From Vibrio vulnificus CMCP6 (lineage in GTDB: Bacteria > Pseudomonadota > Gammaproteobacteria > Enterobacterales > Vibrionaceae): a DNA stretch of 32,000 bases. The DNA lies in assembly GCF_000039765.1 (NCBI RefSeq), contig NC_004460.2:930001-962000 (forward strand), written 5' to 3'. The notes under the pieces were generated by a model. That model saw nothing but the letters and a program-made list of their open reading frames with translations, searched no databases and had not been told where the DNA came from. Shown in pieces: positions 1-7,416 of this stretch; position 1 is the stretch's first letter, and the number at the start of each line of letters is the position of its first letter. Position numbers and translations under genes: made by a program.

Positions 1-595
1 AAGCGCGGTCATGGCTCACCAACAAGATTGGCCGCGACTCGTGCCTAATTTGCTCAATCAACCATTGTTTACCAATGTGGTCGAGATGGTTGCTCGGCTC
101 ATCGAGGATCAACACCTCGTTGTCCCCCAAAAACAAGCGCTTTAAAGTAAGCATCGCAAGCTGTCCACCGCTAAGTTGCTGACAATTGGCATCAAGTGGT
201 TGCGTGATCCTAAGCTCATCAAGCAAAGCTTGCGTGGTGTGCTCAATCTGCCAATCTTCTTCCAGCTGTTCAAAATGAAGTGGATCCACACTGCCCTTTT
301 CTATTTGCTTGAGGGCATTCAGTTTTTGACTGACACCAAGGTATTGTGCAATAGAGCCTTGTGGCTTTTGATCGGATGCTTGTTGCGAGTAGTAGCCAAT
401 TCGTCCATGAGCAACCACGTGCCCTGACGTGGGCGCTCTTTGCCCCACCAGCAATTGCAGCAGAACAGACTTACCCACACCATTTCGGCCCACCAATGCC
501 GTTCGTCCCTCGGCAAGTTGAAAATCAAGATGGTGAAATAACCATTCACCGCTGTTTAATTGATAGCTCAGTTGCTGAGCCTGAATAACGGGCAT
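1..595 (-). CDS. ABC-F type ATP-binding cassette protein, N-terminal part (3' end lies beyond position 1)
   Basis: I translated the minus strand by hand from the ATG at 595-593. The frame stays open to position 1, and it is missing from the ORF track because no stop lies in the window. Product begins MPVIQAQQLSYQLNSGEWLFHHLDFQLAEGRTALVGRNGVGKSVLLQLLVG. It has Walker A GRNGVGKS, ABC signature LSGGQ and Walker B LILDEPSNHLD. SD AAGGGGG sits 5 nt upstream of the ATG. Confidence 0.85.
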   Translation of the reverse strand, partial: MPVIQAQQLSYQLNSGEWLFHHLDFQLAEGRTALVGRNGVGKSVLLQLLVGQRAPTSGHVVAHGRIGYYSQQASDQKPQGSIAQYLGVSQKLNALKQIEKGSVDPLHFEQLEEDWQIEHTTQALLDELRITQPLDANCQQLSGGQLAMLTLKRLFLGDNEVLILDEPSNHLDHIGKQWLIEQIRHESRPILLVSHDRA

Positions 596-1097
596 AGAGA
601 CCCCCTTACGATTCAAAGAAAGGTAAGAAGTCAGTAAGCATAATTACGAATGTCCTCTCATGTTATGCCTCAAAGGCACCTACACGAAAATCGAAGCATA
701 GGAAAACAAGATGTACAACAGAAACGCAATAACGCCGACTAACTCCAAGAGCCGAATGAATAAAGATCATCGGAATATAGGGAAGTTAGATATTCATGTA
801 GGCGTTATCTCCGCAAGAAAGGATGGCGAGAGGTTAACAATTGAACAAACGAGATGTCAAGTGCAACTCATGAATCAACACACAACAAAAAACTAAATAA
901 TGAAGCTCTAAATCAATGAATAAAAACAAAATAATCAATAAGAATATTTTTGTGACAATTGATAAGTATTTGATAAATCATAAATGCAACAAATGAGTAT
1001 TGTGGTATTTTCGCCTGTCTCTATGCACATAAAATATACCTATTATTTCAATCGCATAGTTATTAAAAATACGTTAAATATCAATAAGGAAATTTGT

Positions 1098-1682
1098 GTG
1101 AAAAAGTTGGCATTATCTAAAGTTTTTCTGTTGGGCTTATTGGCCTCTTCGTATGCAAGTGCGAATGTATTGACAGGAGTAGTCGGCATTGGATATGGCT
1201 TTGGAGGCGATAAACTGGGTGAAGGCGTTTTCGTCAATGGCGATAGCGATGATATAAAAGCGAACGAAGGTATCTCTATTTTTGGCGGGGCGGATTTAGC
1301 GCTTCCACAAGATTTCTTGTTGCGTGGCACCCTAGGTTACAAATTTGACACCATTGATGCGTCAAACGGTGATATCTCATTCAGCCGAGTTCCTGTTGAG
1401 TTCACAGTGTTCAAGAGCTTAAGCAACCACAAATTGGGTGCCGGGTTTACCTATCACACCGCGGTTAGCTATGAGTGTAATGTAAGCGGGATCTGCAGCG
1501 GCGAAGTAGAATTCGATGATGCAGCCGGCTTGGTGGTGCAATATGAATACGCGTTTGCGCCTGGAGCTCTTGGCCAAATCGCGGTTGGTGCAAAATACAC
1601 CAATATCGAGTATGAAGTTTCCTCAACAGGCGAGACTTTTGATGGCAGTGGCTTCGATATTCACCTTACCGTTTTATTCTAA
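1098..1682 (+). CDS. Small outer-membrane beta-barrel protein (about 194 aa; OmpW/OmpX-size class, family not identified)
   Basis: Lies in the frame of track ORF 984..1682. I prefer the GTG at 1098, which is preceded by AAGGA at 1086-1090. That start gives a classic signal peptide, (M)KKLALSKVFLLGLLASSYASA|NV. The mature part has alternating amphipathic strands rich in G/Y/F, and the C-terminal residue is F (LTVLF), typical of BAM substrates. A CNVSGIC cysteine pair sits in a predicted loop. Confidence 0.75.
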   Translation: MKKLALSKVFLLGLLASSYASANVLTGVVGIGYGFGGDKLGEGVFVNGDSDDIKANEGISIFGGADLALPQDFLLRGTLGYKFDTIDASNGDISFSRVPVEFTVFKSLSNHKLGAGFTYHTAVSYECNVSGICSGEVEFDDAAGLVVQYEYAFAPGALGQIAVGAKYTNIEYEVSSTGETFDGSGFDIHLTVLF

Positions 1683-1731
1683 AACCCATCTAAATCTACA
1701 CCAATAAATCGGTGTTAATCTGTGTCATTTA

Positions 1732-1758
1732 GGGAAGAGATGCTCTCTTCCCTTGTTT
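1732..1758 (+). terminator. Rho-independent terminator of the OMP gene
   Basis: GGGAAGAGA (1732-1740), loop TGC, TCTCTTCCC (1744-1752), followed by TTGTTT. Confidence 0.6.
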
Positions 1759-1864
1759 CCTAGACGTTTCGTTATTTACCCCAATGGAAACGACGCGTGG
1801 TTTCTTCAATATCAGCACCGTTTAAATCAACAAACGCAGCCATTTCAAGCTGCGTTTTCTCTTG

Positions 1865-3196
1865 TTAGCGCATCACAAACCACTCTTCGTGGAAGCGCTG
1901 ATGGATATCGACCCGATAAAGTTTTAGCGCTTGCTTTAAGGCATGCGAGAACGCCACAGGCCCGCAGAAGTAGAAATCATAGTCGCGCAGGTCACCGCAT
2001 TGCTTAGCAATGTCTTCCGCAGTCAATAATGGGTCCACGCTCGCATCGATAATGGTCAGTGAAGCGTGAGCGGTGTGCGCTTTACGCTTAAGTTCTTCAC
2101 ACATCTGCGGATCCACTTTCTGGCAACAGAAGAAAAGATGCACGCGCCGGGAATGTTCTATTGCCGCTAAGGCGTCTAAACCAGCCATAAACGGGGCAAT
2201 CCCAACGCCACCACCAATCCAGATCTGCGCTTTATTTGCCGAGAAATCAAACTGACCGTAAGGCCCTTCGATTTCAAGCCGCTCACCAACCCGGATTCGA
2301 TCGCGTAAACCGATGGTAAAATCGCCCAGTTCTTTAATAAGAAAACGCAGTTGATTGCCTTGCGCTGCACTGGCAATGGTAAAGGGATGAGGCTCTTCAC
2401 CAGCAAAACGTAGATAAACAAACTGACCCGCTTTGTGTCCTTTCCATCGGTTTTCAACCGCGACAGTCAGATCCAACGTTTGGCTATTCGGGCAATAATG
2501 GATTCGAGTCACTTGGGCTGCATAGCGTACTTTCTTGCCTATCAGTCCAAATAAACTGTAGAGCGCAGCCAAGCTTCCCACGCTTAAAAACAATAACGTG
2601 ACCCAATAAATAGGCGTGCCCAGATAGGCTTTTTTCAGCAAAATAAAAGCGTGCGCGGCAATGAACAGGTAGGCGACTGGCATCAATTGATGACTCAATC
2701 GGAAGGATTTGTACTTCACGGCCGACCATAACGACACCACGACTAACGCAATCAGCAGATAAAATCCCCACTCCCCCATCGCCATAGCGACAGGTTTCGC
2801 TTGTTTTAACCACACGCCCCATTCAGAAAGCTGGCCATGTGGGCCACTGCCATCGAAGCGAAGCGGTTTTTCCAGCAATTCGAGAGAGATTAACCATTTA
2901 GGTAAATGGTAGGTAAACCAATGAAACACACCTAGCGATAAACCCGCAATACCCAGCCATTTGTGGATCCGATACCCTTTGTCGATTCCCTGAGTCCAAC
3001 GCTCAATGGTGGGAAGGCGCAACGCAAGCACCATAGCGGCAGAGAACATCATAAGTGCCAAGATGCCGGAGTATTGAACGAAGGCTGAGCGCCATTGAAA
3101 CACATTTTGTGAAGAGAAAAGCGCAGGTTCGGCTTGCAACCACAAAAGCGTCACGATGACGACGGCTATCCCTATCGATTGTTTTACTCTGTCCAT
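1865..3196 (-). CDS. NOX/FRE-family flavocytochrome: ferric-reductase-type 6-TM bis-haem domain fused to an FAD/NAD(P)H-binding (FNR-like) domain
   Basis: Track ORF 1865..3208 starts at a GTG with no SD, so I prefer the ATG at 3196 (MDRVKQS...). Motifs read in the translation: H-x13-H (RIHKWLGIAGLSLGVFHW) and H-x12-H (LSHQLMPVAYLFIAAHAF) in hydrophobic segments, FAD motif HPFTI, NAD(P)H motif GGGVGIAPF, and C-terminal FCGP. Confidence 0.85.
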   Translation of the reverse strand: MDRVKQSIGIAVVIVTLLWLQAEPALFSSQNVFQWRSAFVQYSGILALMMFSAAMVLALRLPTIERWTQGIDKGYRIHKWLGIAGLSLGVFHWFTYHLPKWLISLELLEKPLRFDGSGPHGQLSEWGVWLKQAKPVAMAMGEWGFYLLIALVVVSLWSAVKYKSFRLSHQLMPVAYLFIAAHAFILLKKAYLGTPIYWVTLLFLSVGSLAALYSLFGLIGKKVRYAAQVTRIHYCPNSQTLDLTVAVENRWKGHKAGQFVYLRFAGEEPHPFTIASAAQGNQLRFLIKELGDFTIGLRDRIRVGERLEIEGPYGQFDFSANKAQIWIGGGVGIAPFMAGLDALAAIEHSRRVHLFFCCQKVDPQMCEELKRKAHTAHASLTIIDASVDPLLTAEDIAKQCGDLRDYDFYFCGPVAFSHALKQALKLYRVDIHQRFHEEWFVMR

Positions 3197-3295
3197 AACC
3201 AAATCCACTTAAATTATAAGGTTATTTTAGAGTAACAATCCTAACGTAAAGCAACGTCGCCAGCATGTAAATTTGGGTAAAGGGTAAACTTGTTG

Positions 3296-4327
3296 CTAGG
3301 CCTTCACTTGCGTACTGGCTCTGCGCTTGAGTCGAAAGCCTAAATCCGTCACTTCTTGAAAACGCTCACCTTTTATCGCATGGAGTAACTTCTCCGCTGC
3401 GCGTGTGCCCATATTATCGTAGTCGTATTCTGCGCTGCTGATGCTTGGATAAGCGTGCTCAGCGAGCGTGGAGCCTTCTAAACAGATGATCGCCATATCG
3501 CCCGGCACCTTGATCACGCGGCGATGACACTCAAACAGCGCCCCAATGGCAATGTCCTCATGGCTACACACCAGCGCGTCCAGCGTGGAATCGCGCAACA
3601 GCAGCTTTGCCAAGCCTTCAGCCCCTAATTGAGCCGATGGCGCTTCATGCGTGGTAAGAAAATGATCCGGTGTGAGGTAGTTTTCAATCATGGCACTTTG
3701 CCAACCATGCAGTTTTCGTTGCAAGGTTGAATGATTTCCACGCGCACCAATAAAGCCAATGTTACGAAAACCTTGTTCCACCAAATGTTTGGTACAAACC
3801 TTGCCCACATCAAAGTGATCAACGCCAATGTTCATATAGCGAGGCTCGCTGCTCAGTTCTGCAATTTCAAGAACTTGCGTATTGGCACTGTGCAAAAGTT
3901 GATGCGTTCGGTCACTGTGGCTGCTACCAAACAACACCACCCCAGCAGGCCTATCTTCCAGAAACGCGCTGAGTAATTTTTCTTCTTGCTCTGCAGAATA
4001 GTCGCTGTAACCCAGCAAAAGTTGGTAACCCGCTTTGTTGAGCGTGTGCTGAAAAGAGGGCAAAAACAGCGCACACGATTTCTCCACCAATGAAGGCAAA
4101 ATCAGTGCTATTGAATAACTCTCTGCTGAAGCGAGTGCGCCAGCGGCTTTATTGGGTATATAGCCTAGCTCATCGACGACTTGTTGAATCTTATCTCGTA
4201 ACTTATCTGAGACGAGTTCTGGTGTGCGCAATGCTCGCGACACCGTCATGGTTCCTACGCCAGCTTTCTTGGCCACATCGGCTAGGGTGACGCTCCCTGT
4301 GCTTCTTCGTTTTCGAGGTTCGCTCAT
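3296..4327 (-). CDS. LacI/GalR-family transcriptional repressor (GntR/IdnR-like)
   Basis: N-terminal HTH VTLADVAKKAGVGTMTVSRALRTPELVSDKLRDKIQQVVDELGYIPNKAA, followed by a periplasmic-binding-protein-like sugar-binding core. Start moved to the internal ATG at 4327 (MSEPRKRR...), because the track start at 4369 adds 14 unsupported residues. Three matching operators lie upstream. Confidence 0.9.
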   Translation of the reverse strand: MSEPRKRRSTGSVTLADVAKKAGVGTMTVSRALRTPELVSDKLRDKIQQVVDELGYIPNKAAGALASAESYSIALILPSLVEKSCALFLPSFQHTLNKAGYQLLLGYSDYSAEQEEKLLSAFLEDRPAGVVLFGSSHSDRTHQLLHSANTQVLEIAELSSEPRYMNIGVDHFDVGKVCTKHLVEQGFRNIGFIGARGNHSTLQRKLHGWQSAMIENYLTPDHFLTTHEAPSAQLGAEGLAKLLLRDSTLDALVCSHEDIAIGALFECHRRVIKVPGDMAIICLEGSTLAEHAYPSISSAEYDYDNMGTRAAEKLLHAIKGERFQEVTDLGFRLKRRASTQVKA

Positions 4328-4444
4328 TGGATTAATTTTACTTATTTGCAGGCTGCGGCATCTTACCACAGAGGAGAGATGCTGGAGAGTGTAGCTTACT
4401 AAAGGTTGAACTCCAGCATATGAAACTCAGTGTGTTAGCAAAAA

Positions 4445-4492
4445 TGGTAGCGCTATCACACTTAATGATAGCGCTATCAGGTAGCGCTATCA
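4445..4492. promoter_or_regulatory. Three tandem LacI-family operator sites in the divergent regulator/PTS promoter region
   Basis: O1 is TGGTAGCGCTATCA (4445-4458). O2 is TGATAGCGCTATCA (4466-4479), a perfect 14-bp palindrome with the central CG typical of LacI-family operators. O3 is AGGTAGCGCTATCA (4479-4492). Centre-to-centre spacing is 21 bp for O1-O2 and 13 bp for O2-O3. Confidence 0.7.
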
Positions 4493-4572
4493 TTTGTGAT
4501 CGTACTCTGGTTTTTATGCCGGAATCATCGTTAGAGTAGCGCCATCTCAGCAACAGAAATCGGAATACAACA

Positions 4573-5016
4573 ATGCTAAGCGAACTGATTACCTCTGACG
4601 TTATTCGAGTCCACCCTCAAGCAACAGATTGGCAAGATGCGGTGCAAAAATCGTGTCAGGCACTCATTGATAACGGTGCAGTCGAAGCACGTTACGTCGA
4701 TGCGATTTTTCGCTCACACCAAGAGCTTGGTCCCTACTATGTGATTGGTCCGGGCATGGCCATGCCACACGCTCGTCCAGAAGATGGCGTCAACCGTTTA
4801 GCATTGGCGATCACCGTTATTCAACAAGGTGTTCATTTCGATTCTGAAGGGAATGACCCTGTAAAAATGCTGGTGACGCTTGCGGCTACCGACAGCAATA
4901 GCCATGTCGGGGCTATCGCAAAACTGGCAGAACTTTTTATGAATGAAGAGCATGTCGAGCAAATTTGCCAAGCTCAAACTCCTGACGATGTCCTAGCGGT
5001 CATCAAGAACTATTAA
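4573..5016 (+). CDS. PTS EIIA component, ascorbate/mannitol-fructose type (PTS_EIIA_2, UlaC/SgaA-like)
   Basis: 147 aa. The region GPGMAMPHARPEDGV contains the phosphorylatable His typical of EIIA_2. It is the first gene of an A-B-C PTS operon. Confidence 0.85.
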   Translation: MLSELITSDVIRVHPQATDWQDAVQKSCQALIDNGAVEARYVDAIFRSHQELGPYYVIGPGMAMPHARPEDGVNRLALAITVIQQGVHFDSEGNDPVKMLVTLAATDSNSHVGAIAKLAELFMNEEHVEQICQAQTPDDVLAVIKNY

Positions 5017-5065
5017 CTCCTGTCTATACCCCCTATATAGATTTAAAGAAACAATAAGGTACAGA

Positions 5066-5356
5066 ATGATGAAAATTATGGTTGTTTGCGGTCATGGTTT
5101 AGGCACTAGCCTAATGATGGAAATGAGTATTAAAGCGATTGTTAAAGATCTGAATGTCGACGCTGCCGTTGATCATATCGATCTGGGCAGTGCCAAAGGC
5201 ACCGATTGCGACATCTTTATCGGAACCAACGATATCACCGAGCAGTTGAAAAACTTGGGTGTGGAACCAAAGATTGTCAGCCTAGATAACATGGTGGATA
5301 AAGTGGCGATGAAAGATCGCTTATCTATTGCGCTTCAAGAACTTGGCGCACTATAA
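5066..5356 (+). CDS. PTS EIIB component, ascorbate family (UlaB/SgaB-like)
   Basis: 96 aa. The N-terminal KIMVVCGHGLGTSLMM holds the active-site Cys loop of lactose/ascorbate-type EIIB. An AGG lies 6 nt upstream of the ATG. Confidence 0.85.
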   Translation: MMKIMVVCGHGLGTSLMMEMSIKAIVKDLNVDAAVDHIDLGSAKGTDCDIFIGTNDITEQLKNLGVEPKIVSLDNMVDKVAMKDRLSIALQELGAL

Positions 5357-5365
5357 GGGGGCGTT

Positions 5366-6622
5366 ATGGAATTCTTTAGTTTCTTAATGAATGATGTCCT
5401 ATCAGAGCCTGCCGTTCTGGTGGGCCTGATTGCACTGATTGGTTTGATTGCCCAGAAAAAGCCCGTCACGGAATGCATCAAAGGCACTGTAAAAACCATT
5501 CTCGGTTTCATTATTCTTGGTGCGGGTGCTGGCTTAGTGGTGAGCTCGTTGGGCGATTTTGCCACCATCTTCCAGCAAGCCTTTGGTATTACAGGTGTGG
5601 TACCCAACAACGAAGCGATTGTATCAATTGCACAAGAAGCCTTTGGTAAAGAGATGGCGATGATCATGTTCTTTGCCATGCTGGTGAATATTCTGATCGC
5701 ACGCTTTACACCGTGGAAATTCATTTTCTTGACGGGTCACCACACGCTGTTTATGTCGATGATGGTTGCCGCGATCCTTTCTTCTAGCGGTATGAGCGGC
5801 GTTCCTCTGATTGCTCTGGGTTCACTGGTTGTAGGCTCTGTGATGGTGTTCTTCCCAGCGATTGCGCACAAATACATGAAGCAAGTGACGGGTTCAGATG
5901 ACGTTGCAATTGGCCACTTCTCTACCCTTTCTTACGTGCTTGCGGGCTTTATCGGCAGCAAATTTGGTAATAAAGAGCACTCGACTGAAGAGATGAATGT
6001 ACCAAAGAGCCTACTGTTCTTGCGTGACACGCCAGTGGCGATCTCGTTTACCATGGGCATCATCTTTATGGTGACTTGTCTCTTCGCTGGCGGTGATTTT
6101 GTGCGTGAAGTGAGCGGCGGTAAACATTGGTTTATGTTCGCACTGATGCAATCCATCACCTTTGCCGGTGGTGTGTACGTAATCCTGCAAGGTGTGCGTA
6201 TGGTGATCGCCGAAATCGTTCCTGCGTTCAAAGGCATCTCGGACAAACTCGTACCGAATGCTAAACCTGCGCTAGATTGCCCTGTGGTTTTCCCTTACGC
6301 CCCGAATGCGGTTTTGATGGGTTTCCTATCAAGCTTTGCTGCGGGTTTGCTTGGCATGTTCCTACTGTACGTAATGGGCTTAACGGTGATTATTCCAGGT
6401 GTGGTTCCACACTTCTTCGTTGGTGCAGCAGCTGGGGTATTTGGTAACGCCACCGGTGGTCGCCGTGGCGCAATCCTAGGGGCTTTTGCCCAAGGTCTGC
6501 TGATCACCTTCCTACCTGTCTTCCTGATGCCAGTGTTGGGCGACCTTGGTTTTGCCAACACCACGTTTAGTGACGCGGACTTTGGTGCGGTCGGTATCCT
6601 ACTTGGTCTGATTGTGCGTTAA
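5366..6622 (+). CDS. PTS EIIC permease, L-ascorbate family (UlaA/SgaT-like)
   Basis: 418 aa, highly hydrophobic and multi-spanning. SD AGGGGG lies upstream. Length and composition fit UlaA/SgaT-type EIIC. It sits 10 bp after the EIIB gene. Confidence 0.9.
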   Translation: MEFFSFLMNDVLSEPAVLVGLIALIGLIAQKKPVTECIKGTVKTILGFIILGAGAGLVVSSLGDFATIFQQAFGITGVVPNNEAIVSIAQEAFGKEMAMIMFFAMLVNILIARFTPWKFIFLTGHHTLFMSMMVAAILSSSGMSGVPLIALGSLVVGSVMVFFPAIAHKYMKQVTGSDDVAIGHFSTLSYVLAGFIGSKFGNKEHSTEEMNVPKSLLFLRDTPVAISFTMGIIFMVTCLFAGGDFVREVSGGKHWFMFALMQSITFAGGVYVILQGVRMVIAEIVPAFKGISDKLVPNAKPALDCPVVFPYAPNAVLMGFLSSFAAGLLGMFLLYVMGLTVIIPGVVPHFFVGAAAGVFGNATGGRRGAILGAFAQGLLITFLPVFLMPVLGDLGFANTTFSDADFGAVGILLGLIVR

Positions 6623-6658
6623 GCCATTCTTCGTCAGATAACAAGGCCCAATAGAAAA

Positions 6659-6685
6659 GCCGCTGTGAACAACAGCGGCTTTTTC
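6659..6685. terminator. Bidirectional rho-independent terminator between the PTS operon and def
   Basis: GCCGCTGT (6659-6666), loop GAACA, ACAGCGGC (6672-6679). It is flanked by an A-run upstream and TTTTT downstream. Confidence 0.75.
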
Positions 6686-6701
6686 ATTTTTCATCACACA
6701 A

Positions 6702-7208
6702 TTAGCGAGCACGAAGCTTGTTGTGTTTTTTCACTTTTTTCATCGCCATTTGCTGCTTCAGTGGCGACAAGTAGTCGATGAAGAGATTACCAGAAAGATG
6801 GTCAATCTCGTGTTGCATCACGATCGCTAGAAACTCGCTGGTTTCGATTCGCAATGGTTTACCATCACGATCGAGCGCTTCCACGACGACCGAAGTGTAA
6901 CGCTCAACATCGGCGTAGTAGTCTGGTACCGATAGGCAACCTTCTTGACCCATCTCTTTGTTGCTGCCGCTGACCACTTTTGGGTTCACCAGCACTAGCG
7001 GCTCATCGCGATTTTCTGACAAGTCAATCACCACAATGGCTTCTTCTCGGCCAACTTGCGGCGCCGCTAAGCCCACACCATTATCCGTTTCGTAAAGCGT
7101 CTCAAGCAGATCGTCGATTAGAGTTTGCACTGCAGCAACATCCGTTACTTCTTTAGATTGAACGCGTAGTCGTGGATCGGGTGCGGTTAAAATTTCTAAA
7201 ACAGCCAT
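6702..7208 (-). CDS. def: Peptide deformylase
   Basis: 168 aa with the three PDF motifs: GVGLAAPQ, EGCLSVP and QHEIDHL. SD AAGGA lies upstream. Confidence 0.95.
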   Translation of the reverse strand: MAVLEILTAPDPRLRVQSKEVTDVAAVQTLIDDLLETLYETDNGVGLAAPQVGREEAIVVIDLSENRDEPLVLVNPKVVSGSNKEMGQEGCLSVPDYYADVERYTSVVVEALDRDGKPLRIETSEFLAIVMQHEIDHLSGNLFIDYLSPLKQQMAMKKVKKHNKLRAR

Positions 7209-7359
7209 GGGGTCCTTGAATTATCCGTTGAATAAAAATAACGCGGCGTAAGATAGTGGTTTCTCCCGCCGTTGTAAACCTCAGGTTAATGCCAAATGCT
7301 TTCGCCAACGGCATTGAACAAACATCATCGAAGCGAAAAATGGCTCAAAAACTTGAAAA

Positions 7360-7394
7360 ATGAGAAAAAGAAAGCCAGTCATCGAGACTGGCTT
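7360..7394 (-). terminator. Rho-independent terminator of the M66 protease gene
   Basis: On the minus strand, AAGCCAGTC - TCGAT - GACTGGCTT (plus coordinates 7372-7394) is followed by TCTTTTTCTCATTTTT. It begins about 20 nt after the stop codon. Confidence 0.65.
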
Positions 7395-7416
7395 GATTGG
7401 CACCACTAACTCATCA

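Noticed and set aside
711-896. 61-aa ORF (MYNRNAITPTNSKSRMNKDH...) in the AT-rich gap upstream of the OMP gene
   Set aside because: It has no Shine-Dalgarno sequence, a polar low-complexity composition, and no recognisable motif or hydrophobic segment. Its length is what chance produces in a 500-bp AT-rich stretch.
984-1097. N-terminal extensions proposed by the ORF track (984 for the OMP, 4369 for LacI, 11575 for YtfL-like, 15277 for AcoR-like, 21259 for LysR, 23253 for LuxR, 22337 for PhzF)
   Set aside because: In each case an internal start gives the canonical family N-terminus (signal peptide, HTH at the expected distance, or an alignment with remembered homologues). The internal start usually also has a better SD. 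The extensions rely on TTG, GTG or CTG codons with no ribosome-binding site.
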